From: an uncultured Planctomycetota bacterium
Lineage (GTDB): Bacteria; Planctomycetota; Planctomycetia; Isosphaerales; Isosphaeraceae
Reading direction: 5' to 3'
Assembly (NCBI GenBank): GCA_963823665.1
Contig: CAWGMQ010000003.1
Coordinates: forward strand, 1,841,159-1,905,158
Length of the DNA: 64,000 nt
The notes beneath the pieces were generated by a model. The model saw nothing but the letters and a program-made list of their open reading frames with translations. It ran no database searches and was not told where the DNA came from. Shown piece after piece: positions 22,333 to 32,200 of this stretch; positions within the stretch are counted from its first letter, which is position 1, and the number at the start of each line of letters is the position of its first letter. The position numbers were made by a program, and so were the translations under genes.

Positions 22333-22355
22333 GTCCAAAACGGGTGCGGGTGATC

Positions 22356-23267
22356 CTACCGCGCGGGGACGCTCGTGCAGGGGAGCTTGCGATCGATGCG
22401 CTTCAAGAGGCCGGTGAGCACTCGGCCGGGGCCGATCTCGTAGAACGTGTCGAATCCGTCGGCGATCATCCTTTTCATTGACGCCTCCCAGCGTACGCCT
22501 TCGAGCACCTGAGAGACGAGCGTCGCCCGGATGTCGTCTGGCTCGCGGTGCGGCGTCGCGTCCACGTTTGAGTAGACGGGGATGCCCGGCGGCGAGATCG
22601 GCGTACTTGCCAGGAACTGGGCAAGCTGATGGTCGGCCGGCTTCATGAGCGGCGAATGAAACGCGCCGGAGACCGCCAGCTTGATCGTCTTCATCGCGCC
22701 GAGCTCCTGTGCGAGCGATTCGACGTGCTCCAGGGCAGCCGCGTCTCCGGAGACCACGATGTTGCCCGGCCCGAGCAAGTTTGCCTTCCAGAGCCGGCCG
22801 TACGGCTCGACGCGTGCACAGAGCTCGTCGACCTTGTTTTCCTCGAGCCCGAGCACACTCACCATGCCGCTCTTGGTTGCCGCGGCGGCCGCCTGCATGG
22901 CTTCGCCGCGGAGGCGAACCAGCCTGAGACCGGCTTCGAATTCGATTGCACCTGCAAATACGAGCGCCGTGTATTCGCCGAGGGAAAGCCCTGCCGCGCC
23001 CTGGCAGGCAGAGACGATCTCGGGACTGTTTGCTTTCAGGCTTTCGAGGGCGGCCAGGCTGGCGACAAAGAGAGCTGGCTGGCTGACGTCGGTGGCGTTT
23101 AGCGCTTCGGCCGGACCATTGAAGCAGAGGTTAGCCAGATCGATCCCCAGGATTTCGCCGGCCCGGTCAAAGAGGGCGCGCGCCGCTGGCAGCTCGGCGT
23201 GCAGCTCTCGCCCCATGCCGATGGACTGAGCACCCTGGCCGGGAAACAAGAAGGCGATCCTGGGCAT
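22356..23267 (-). CDS. fabD: Malonyl-CoA:ACP transacylase
   Basis: FPGQGAQ, GLSLGEY, GAFHS, EIGPGRVL. Confidence 0.96.
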   Translation of the reverse strand: MPRIAFLFPGQGAQSIGMGRELHAELPAARALFDRAGEILGIDLANLCFNGPAEALNATDVSQPALFVASLAALESLKANSPEIVSACQGAAGLSLGEYTALVFAGAIEFEAGLRLVRLRGEAMQAAAAATKSGMVSVLGLEENKVDELCARVEPYGRLWKANLLGPGNIVVSGDAAALEHVESLAQELGAMKTIKLAVSGAFHSPLMKPADHQLAQFLASTPISPPGIPVYSNVDATPHREPDDIRATLVSQVLEGVRWEASMKRMIADGFDTFYEIGPGRVLTGLLKRIDRKLPCTSVPAR

Positions 23268-23329
23268 CGGTGTGTGTCCCTTCTCTTCCGTATCCCTTCT
23301 CTTCTCTTCTCTCGATCTTTCGCGTCGCC

Positions 23330-24424
23330 TTATGACTTCGCGCCCTTGGCAGGCGCGTGAGCAGGCGGTGCTTCTTCCACGACGGCGGAGTCGTCGACAC
23401 TGCCGGGCGGGGCCGCGCCAGCGAGTTGCTCGACGATGAGGGTGGCGAGGCGGTCTTCGGCCATGGTGCCGGCGACGCGCAGGGCATTCTTGATGGCGCG
23501 CGATCCGGAGCTGCCGTGGCAGATGATGCAGGCGCCGCGAATGCCCAGGAGCGGGCCGCCGCCGAATTCCTCGTATTCGAATCGGGATTTCAGGCGCCGC
23601 AGGCTATTGGCCATCTTGGGTCCGGCGTCGCCCGGCAGGTCGGGCATCAACCGCGCCAGCTCTTCCTTCAAGGTCGAGAACAAGAACTCGACGGCTCCTT
23701 CACCGGCTTTGAGCAGGACGTTGCCGACGAATCCGTCGCAGATGACGACGCGCACGCGGCCTACATAGATATCGCGGCCCTCGATGTTGCCGGCGAACCG
23801 GCCGGACCACGCGCTCTGGTGAAACATATCGCGGGTGGCGCGCGTGAGTTCGGTGCCTTTTGCGTCCTCGGAGCCGACGTTCATGAGCCCGATGCGGGGC
23901 GCGGTCACGCCCAGGATCGTTTCGGCGTAGATTGCGCCCATGATCCCGTATTGATAAAGGTCTTCCGGCTTCGGGCTCATATTGGCGCCGACGTCGATGA
24001 TGACGATCGGCCCCTGATGCGACGGGAAAATGGCGGCGATGCCGGGCCGGCGCACGCCGGGGAGGAACATCTTGTTGTTGAGGAGCGCGGAGGCGACCAT
24101 CGCGCCGGTGTTGCCCGCGGATACGACGGCGTTTACTTCACCGGCGGCCATGAGGCCCCAGCAGCGAGAGATGGAATTGTCGCGTTTTTTTCGCAAGGCT
24201 TCGACGGGTTTTTCGTCCATGCCGATCACGTGCGCGGAATGGACGATCTCGAGCCGTTCACGGGGGGTTCCGTGTGGTGCGCGAGCCAGCTCATGCTCGA
24301 CGCGTTCGCGGTCACCGACCAGGATGACTGTCAGCTCCGGGTGATCGACGACCGCTTCACACGCACCGGTAACGATTGGGCCGGGAGCGAAGTCGCCGCC
24401 CATCGCGTCCAAGGCTACACGCAT
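23330..24424 (-). CDS. plsX: Phosphate acyltransferase PlsX
   Basis: ALDAMGGDFAP, SAGNTGA, DVGAN, GNIEG, CDGFVGNVLLK, ICHGSS. Confidence 0.97.
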   Translation of the reverse strand: MRVALDAMGGDFAPGPIVTGACEAVVDHPELTVILVGDRERVEHELARAPHGTPRERLEIVHSAHVIGMDEKPVEALRKKRDNSISRCWGLMAAGEVNAVVSAGNTGAMVASALLNNKMFLPGVRRPGIAAIFPSHQGPIVIIDVGANMSPKPEDLYQYGIMGAIYAETILGVTAPRIGLMNVGSEDAKGTELTRATRDMFHQSAWSGRFAGNIEGRDIYVGRVRVVICDGFVGNVLLKAGEGAVEFLFSTLKEELARLMPDLPGDAGPKMANSLRRLKSRFEYEEFGGGPLLGIRGACIICHGSSGSRAIKNALRVAGTMAEDRLATLIVEQLAGAAPPGSVDDSAVVEEAPPAHAPAKGAKS

Positions 24425-24537
24425 TGCTTTACTTCACTTCATTGGCAAGGTGTTGATCCCGCTGGCTGGCCGGGCGGGTTCGCTCACGCACGACAAGAAA
24501 CCGTGGCTCCGGGCCACCGGAAATCCAGGTGGGAGGC

Positions 24538-24645
24538 CCCCTTCCCGCTTCACAGGGGCCATCGCGGAATACTGGTTCAGAGCGGGCAGGTTCATACTAG
24601 GAGAGGGTGCGGGAGGGTGTCAAGGAGAAGGCGGGGGGTGGTCAG
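24538..24645. repeat. 108-bp direct repeat, copy 1 (contains the plsX promoter/leader)
   Basis: Ungapped 90/108 match (counted by hand) to 48018..48125. Confidence 0.9.
24594..24623 (-). promoter_or_regulatory. Putative sigma70 promoter of plsX-fabD-fabG
   Basis: Minus strand TTGACA-N18-TAGTAT, ~170 nt upstream of plsX. Confidence 0.65.
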
Positions 24646-24658
24646 GACTCGATATCGA

Positions 24659-25306
24659 TCACCCCAGGGAAAGACCGGACTTTAGCTTGTGCCCCTTCGC
24701 GCGGGTTGCCAGCGTCAGGTCGAGCGCGGATATTGTGCCGTCGCCGTTGACGTCGGCGCCGAAGGGCGCGAGCCCGGTCGGGTTTGACAGATTGATTTCG
24801 GCGGCGATTTCGTTCAGGTCGTTGCTGTCTACGGTGCCATCACCCGTGACGTCGCCGAGCAGGCGGTAGAAGTGGTGCATGTCGGTTGCGCCGCTCGGGA
24901 GATTGATATCGAGCTCGTAATAGCCATCAGCCGTCGTCGAGTTGGGGCTGCTGCCCAGGCCGTTTGTGCCGAAGTCGAGCTCGATGGCGCGGTCGATCAC
25001 CGAGACGTTGACGTTGGCGAGTGAGATGGGCGTCTTGCTGGAGGCGTCGTCGTTCAGGTCGTACTGGTAGAGTTGGATCTCGGGTGATGCCGTTTTGAGT
25101 GAATTGACGATCTGGGTGAGCTGGCCGCCGGACTGGGTGTCGGATTCGTTGAAATCGACTTGGAGGTAGCGGATGTAGGATCGCTCGGCGGCGCCGTCTT
25201 CGACGATCAAGGTTGTGGTCTGGAGCTGGGTTGGGGTGGCGAAGGTTTCTTGGAGGGTGAGGTTGGGGAGATACGTGCTGGCTTCGATCGTGGTGGCAGA
25301 AACCAT
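24659..25306 (-). pseudogene. Orphan C-terminal cassette of the giant-protein family (dockerin-like tail), internally deleted
   Basis: TIEASTYLPNLT|LQETF...GDVTGDGTVD...ADVNGDGTIS...KGHKLKSGLSLG matches the ends of both giant genes; no leader; ATG at 25306. Confidence 0.85.
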
Positions 25307-25374
25307 GTGCCGCATCCGGCTTCCGTACGCTAGAATAATGGAGAGAAGGACCGCACAAGGGGCGAGAGGTAAGC

Positions 25375-25704
25375 ATGAACCCGAATGAGCGAACAAACAC
25401 GTTGACAGGGACCTGGAAGGAGGGCCAGATCATCCTCGATGAGCAAGCCGATTGGCCGGACGGCTGCCGTGTGACGGTCGTGCCTATTCCTGGTCAAGTC
25501 GAGACGCTTGGGATAACGGAGCAGCAATGGCCGCGGACTCCCGAAGCCATTGCGGAGTGGCTCGCGTGGTTTGATTCGATCGAGCCCATTGAGATGACGT
25601 CGGAGGAAGAAGCGGACTGGCGCGGCGCGATGGAAGCGCAGAAGGCGTACGAGATCGGTAAGCTTGAGGAGCGTGCGAAAAGAATCGAGGGCCTCTTTCC
25701 ATGA
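25375..25704 (+). CDS. Putative antitoxin (DUF104/AF2212-like N-terminus)
   Basis: GTWKEGQIILDEQADWPDGCRVTV; acidic C-terminus; ATGA overlap with the PIN gene; TAGAAT at 25331-25336. Confidence 0.65.
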   Translation: MNPNERTNTLTGTWKEGQIILDEQADWPDGCRVTVVPIPGQVETLGITEQQWPRTPEAIAEWLAWFDSIEPIEMTSEEEADWRGAMEAQKAYEIGKLEERAKRIEGLFP

Positions 25705-26109
25705 GGCGCGTACCTCCACGACACCGGCGTTGCGGGGGATTTCATCGCGCGTCGCCGCGGTGTCGACGCCCGTGTGCGCGATGCAGCCGTCCAGGGAGAC
25801 ATTGCGGGCATCTGCCTCCCGGTCTTGGGCGAGCTTTGGGCGGGGATGGAGTTGAGCGAGACTCGGGACCGCAACGTCGAACGGATGCGCCGCGCCCTTG
25901 CCCGCCTCAGGATCTGGCCGTTCGACGAGAGAGCCGCTCAGGAGTACGGCCGGATTTTCGCGACACTGCGTGGGAATGGACGTATGATCCAGCAAATCGA
26001 CATTCAGGTTGCCGCAATTGCCCTGAGTCTAAGCAATTGCACGGTGGTGTCTGGAGATGCGGACCTTTCTGCCGTGCCGGGGCTGAGGGTCGAGAACTGG
26101 GCGTCGTAG
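25701..26109 (+). pseudogene. vapC: VapC/PIN toxin with a +1 frameshift after codon 3
   Basis: MRR(+G)YLHDTG...VLGEL..G...DIQVAAIA...VVSGDAD; span 409 nt = 3n+1. Confidence 0.8.
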
Positions 26110-26216
26110 TCACTACGGTCGCCGCTGCGGGCGGCCACCCCTCGGGTGGCCGAGACCACCTCCCAACATTGCGGCCTCGCCGCGCCGGGGTCTCTGCCAT
26201 CTGGGTGGGGTGTCGA

Positions 26217-29200
26217 TCATCCCAGGGACAGACCCGACTTGAGCTTATGGCCCTTCGCGCGCGTTGCCAGCGTCAGGTCGATTGCGGATATGGTGCCGTC
26301 GCCATTCACGTCCGCGCCCAGGGGCGCGAGCCCGGTCGGGTTTGACAGATTGATTTCGGCGGCGATTTCGTTCAGGTCGTTGTTGTCTACCGTGCCGTCT
26401 CCGGTGACGTCGCCGAGCATGCGGTAGAAGTTGTGGATGGCGGTTGCTCCGTTCGGGAGCTTGATATCGAGCTCGTAGTAGCCATCGGCGGTCGTTGTGT
26501 TGGGGCTGCCGCCCAGGCCGTTTGCGCCGAAGTCGAGCTCGATGGCGTGGTCGATCAGCGAGACGTTGACATTGGCGAGTGAGACGGGCGTCTCGCTCGA
26601 GGCGTCGTCGTTCAAGTCGTACTGGTAAAGCTGGATCTCGGGTGATGCGGTTTTCAGGGAATTGACGATCTGGGTGAGCTCGCCGCCGGACTGGGTGTCG
26701 GACTCGTTGAAGTCGACTTGCAGGTAGCGGATGTAGGAGCGCTCGACGGCGCCGTCTTCGACGATCAAGCTGGTGGTCTGGAGCTGGGATGGTGTGGCGG
26801 CTGCGAAGGTATCTGTGAGGGTGAGGTTGGGGGTTGCCGGGGCAGACTGAGTGTTGCCGGCGCTGTCGAGGCCGATGCTGTAGAATGCGTAGGCGTGCTG
26901 AGCACCGTCCGTGAGACCCTGGTACGGGATGGTCGCCTGGACAGTCCCCGCGCTATTGGCTGGGCCGGCGGGAATCGCCGGTCCAACCGGGCTATACGGT
27001 CCGGAATCGACCGAGACGTAGACCTCGAAATAGGTCACGATACCACCACCGGGATCAGTCCCCGTGATGTTGAGCGTGAACGTGCCCGTGGTGGTATTCA
27101 CCGTGCTCGGGTTGGTGCCGGTCGTACTGTCGACGACAGTGACGGGCGCGGTCAGGTTGGGTAGATACGTGCTGGCCTCAATCTGCGGGTTGTAAGCCTG
27201 GGTATTGCCGGCGTTGTCTGTCGCCGTGCTGTAGAACGCATAGGTTGTGTTGCTCTGGCCGGAGAAGGTCGCCGTTGGGTTGGAGGCCGGGACGGTGGTC
27301 CATAGCGACCAGGCTCCGCCGTTGGTGCTCGAGTAGATATTGTAGGACTTCAAGCCGGAGGGGGGTGAGCCGGCATCGGAGCCGGTCACGGAGACCGCGA
27401 CCGTGACGCTCGTGCCGCGTGCCGGGAGCGAGTTGACCGTGCTTGTGGGCGGTGTTGTGTCCATCAGCCACGAGGTCGAGAGAGTTCCCGAGCCGGGGTT
27501 GCCGTTCTGGTCGTCGATGGCGGCGGCGTTCACTGTCAACGTGTAATTGCCGTTGTTCTTGGTCAGGCTGCTGAGGCCGTTGATCTGGTAGGTCGAGCCA
27601 GATACCAGCGTGATCGTGACCGCACTTGTGATCAGGTTGGGGCCGCCGTTGTCGGTGAGGGTCAGCGCGTCGTCGTCGGAACCAGTCAGGTCGAGCGGCT
27701 GGGTGAACGTGACGTCAATCGCTGAGACGGCGGTGTTGCGCGGGTTGGGCGCCACGGCTGCGATCGAGCTGACCGTCATGGGCACCCGGATCTGGACGGT
27801 CTGCTGGGCCGCGGCTGGCGTCGATTGGACGTTGCCCGCCGCATCGGTCGCGATGCTGTAGAAGCCGTAGCCATGACCGGCCTGGCCGACAAAGACAGCG
27901 GAGGGATCGGCGGGCGTCACCGTGGCGAGCAGGCTGAAGGCCCCGCCGTCCTTCGACACGTAGATGGCGAATGATGCGATGCCCGACGGCGTGCTGCCGT
28001 TTGCGCCGATCGGGTCGGTGCCGGTGACCGAAACAACGAAGCTGGTCGAGGTCGTCTGCGACGGCAAGGCAGTGATCGTACTCGTCGGCGGGGTCGTGTC
28101 CATGAGCCACGAGGTCGACGTCGCGCTGGTGCCGACATTGCCGGCCTCGTCCTGGACGCCCGATGCGTTGATCATGAGCACGTATGTCCCTTCGGCGTTC
28201 GTCAGGCCGGAGAGCCCGCCGATCTCGTAAGTCGAGGTCGTGCCCGATACCAAGGCGATCGTAACGGCACTCGTGATCAGGTTGGGGCCGCCGTTATCGG
28301 TCAGAGTGAGGTTGGCGGTCGTGAATGTGCTCAGGTTGATGGGCCCGGAGAACGTGACGTCGGCTGTGCTGACCGGGGAGTTGGTCGCATTTGACGCAGG
28401 GCCGGTGACCGAGGAGATCGTGAGCGGGTTTTCGTCAACCAATACGTTAAGCGTGGCGGCCGGCGAGACATTGCCCGCGGGATCGGTCGCCGTGACCGAG
28501 AGGTCGTTTGCGCCGGCCGGGAGCGTGAGTGCGATCGAGAAGCTGGTGCCATTGACGTTTGCGTAGCCCAGGTCGGTGTTACCGTCCATCACGTCGACGG
28601 ACAGGCCCGTTTCCGGGAGGGTGCCGGTGAGCGTGACCGAGCCGGTGTCGGTCAGGCCGGGGGAGACGCCGGTGTTCGGCGAAATCGCCAGGTCCGTCGG
28701 GGCCGTGGGCGCCGTCGTGATCAATGTCCAGGTAGCCGAAGCGCTGCCGGTTCCCGTGTTGCCGTACAGGTCCTCGACGCCTACCGCGCTGATTGTGAAC
28801 GTGTATGTGCCGTCGATGGGCAGGAGCAGGTTGTTGAAGTTGGAGATCGCGAATTCGGTCGGCGAGAGCTGGGTGATCGTGATATTGGGCGTGATCAGGT
28901 TGGGCTCGCCGGGCTTGGCATACGTGATGTTCTGGTACGTGAACGTACTGGGGACAATCGGCTCGGAGAAGATCACATCGATCGTGGGAACGATGATGTT
29001 GCGCGGGGTTTGGATATAAGTCGGCAGCGACGCGATGGTCGGGCCGACCGTGTTCATTGTCCAGGTTTCCGAGAGGAAACCGACGCCCGAGTCGCCCGAG
29101 CCATCGACGAGCCTGCCGGCGCTCACCGTCAAGTCGTAATTGCCGTCGGCGGTACTAACGGAACCGAGGCCGCCGATGCTGTAGGTTGTGGGCGTGATCT

Positions 29201-32200
29201 CGGTGACGGTAACCCCTGAAGTGATGAGGTTGGACCCACCGTTTACGGTCAGGCTCAGGGCCTGGTAGTTAAACGACGCCGGGTTGATGGGCTCGGAGAG
29301 GACGACGTCGACCGAATCGACGGGCGTGTTTCGGAGGGCGGGATTTCCGGCTCCCACGCTGACGACGACGGGCACGTTGGTGCCCGTGGCCCAGGAAGTG
29401 GATGCGGAACCCGAGGCCGTGCCGACGTCGCCGAAGAAGTCGCTGATGCCGGTCGCGTCAACAGTCAGCGTATAGTTGCCGTAGTCGCCGGTGAGAGCCG
29501 AAAGACCGCCGATGGTGAAGGTCGTTGGCGAATCTTGCGTGATCGTCACTCTGGAGTTGATCAGGTCCGCGCCGCCATTGAGCGTGAGGGACAAGTTCTG
29601 ATTCGTGAACGTGGTGGGATCGATGGGCTCGGAGAACGTCACATTGACCGACCCGATGGTGCCGCTTTGCGGGCTCGAAACTGAGGAGACAGAGGATACC
29701 GTGGGCGCGGTCAAGCTGGTGGGTCGATAGTACAGCATGTACGAGCCGGTGCTGTTGTCGTCGAGGATGTGGAGCTCGTAATCGGTCATCTTCGCGCCTG
29801 TTGGCGAGAGCGTGAGGTCGGTCTGCCAGGCCTGTTCGTTGACCGGGATACGCTCGCCGTTTGCGCTGACGATCTTGTAGAGTGTGTAACCTGCGCCTGG
29901 GTCGGGGAGCTGAATATAATCCCAGCCGCTGGTGACGTCGGCGGTGAGCTGGAAAGTCAATGCACTGGCGGGGCCGACCTGCGTGGCCGTCGCATTACTT
30001 GCGATGTTAACCGCGGCAGTCGTGCCGTCCGAGAAGTAGATCGTGTCGGGCAAGTTCTCGGGGTTGGGGTTATCGTCAACCAGGTAGTCGGTGGCGCCGG
30101 TGCTATTGGACCCGTTGAAGTCGCCGGCGTAAACGAGGGAGTGCGTCGTCACGCTCTCGATCAGGCTGGTCTCTGCGCCCCCCAGGGCGTTGGAGTTGCT
30201 AAACGTGGCGGTGAAGTTGTCGAACACGCCGGGGAGCATTGACTGGAGCAAGAAGGTTGCGTCGGCTGTTTGGCCGGGTGCGATGTCGCCGAAGTCGACA
30301 CTGAGCGACGGCGTCTCCTGCTGGTTGCCGACCTGGGTGCCGACGATCTGGAAGGTGTCGAGCAGGCCCTTGGCGTTCTGGAGGATTTGCGGCTGGGCCG
30401 TGGTGATCGAGAGACTGTTTGCCGCGCCGGCGCCGACGTTGGTCACGAGCAATCCGAGCGTGGCGGGTTCAGTTGGATCGACGACGTCTTTCTGCAAGAA
30501 GTAATTGAGCTGAAGCTCGGCCTGGGGATCGACGGTGATCGTGGACGGGAAGACCGGAATCGTGACAGCCCCGCCCGCCGGATCGGTGTAGCCGAACGTC
30601 CCGCCGATCATGTACTCGGTCGGTCCGTCGGACGCGGCCGTGTTATCGGGAATAAATGTGAACGAGATGGTGCCGGTGCTGTTATCAGGCAGCGTGGCCT
30701 CGCCGTTGACGACGCTGAAGGCGCCGCTATAGCTCGGGCTCGTGACGAAAAACTCTCCATTGGCTGGATTACCCTCCGCGTCGGTGATGTTGATGTTCAT
30801 CGACACGTTGGTCATCGAGCCCGTGCCTTCGCTGTTGGTGATCGTGAGTGTCCCGCTGAAAGCCGTCTGAGTAAGTGTGGCATACTGGTCAAGTTGGAGC
30901 ACGATCGTCGCGCAGGTGCCCTGTCCGGCTAGGTCGCTCTCAAAATGCGCAAGCACTCCTTGCACTTCGGTGCCAACGTCGCTGTATCCAGCGACTTCGG
31001 CTTCTTGCTCGGCAGTCACGGCGGCGGCGAAGGCGGTCTGGATGGTGTTGATATCGAGGAAGTCGGTGCTTTGCCCGGAGGGGACCTGTGCGGCGGTGAA
31101 GATGCCTTGGCTCCAAAACTGCACGGTTCGATTCCAGCGAGCGATGAACTCCTGCGCTTCGCTGGTCGACACCGAACTGGGCAACGTGGTGGCGAGGAGC
31201 TGGGTTGATTCTGCGGCGCTAATCTGCCCGCCGTCGGTGGAGGTCTGGACGTCGGTGAAGAAGTCTGTCATCCATTGCTGGAGAGTGGCCGTCTGGGTCG
31301 TGTCCAGCCAATCGGCATCACCGCCAAACAGCAGGTTCTCGGCGTTTGTGACCGCTTCGAGCCTCGAGTCCACTTCTTGGATGAGGTCGATGTCGCCGGT
31401 GATGCCGAGGCTCGCGCCCTCGCCCGCTGCCGTGAGCAAAATGCCCGCGAGGTCCGCTTCGACCTGGTCGAAGGTCGCGACCGTGGAAACCATCTGATCC
31501 GCAAGCGCTGCGGTGTAGCCGTCGTTGCCGCTCTGGCCGTTGATCAATCCCAGGTTGCCGAGTGCAATAGCGATGAACGCGACGGGCGAAGCATCGTCGG
31601 GCGGTGGACCGGCGGCGCTGGCTGCTTGAGCGGTGCCCGTGACCGCCGGGGTCGTGTTGATGGGAGGATCGGCTGCGGCTCCGGCAGCTTGCTGCGCTTG
31701 TTGCTGGAGTGGAGGGATCGCGGGGTTGCACTGCGAAGTGTCTTCAGTTGCCGTCTGCCATATAAGTCCACCGCCGCCCATCCCGACAATCTTAGCCTGC
31801 ACTGTCTTCGTAACGGCTAGAGGAGTGCAAGTCGTGCCCGTCAAGTTCCCGGCCACCCCGCCCGCACCGATGGTAGTCACCGCGGTCGATTTCACAAGAT
31901 TACCGTGGCACGTGTAATCATAAGGTACGACAAGCGGTATAATGCATAATGGGATAGGAGGAGGAGGCGGAGGAGGCGGCGGCGGGGGGGGGATGTCGTC
32001 ACACCCATCGTCGTCTCCTTGACCCCCGCCGTTATTACCTTGGCCGCCGCCATTGCCTCCTAGGCCTCCACCGGTGCCCCGCAAACCTACGCCTGGGTCC
32101 GATGGGCCTCCACCTGGGCCCGTCGGCGGAAGCAGCGAGCCGATGAGGTCCGTAACGTCCCAGATCAGGAGAGCTGCATCAATGTAGGGATTCCATTCAA

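Noticed and set aside
23357..24685. 442-aa plus-strand ORF
   Set aside because: Antisense shadow of plsX; no motifs
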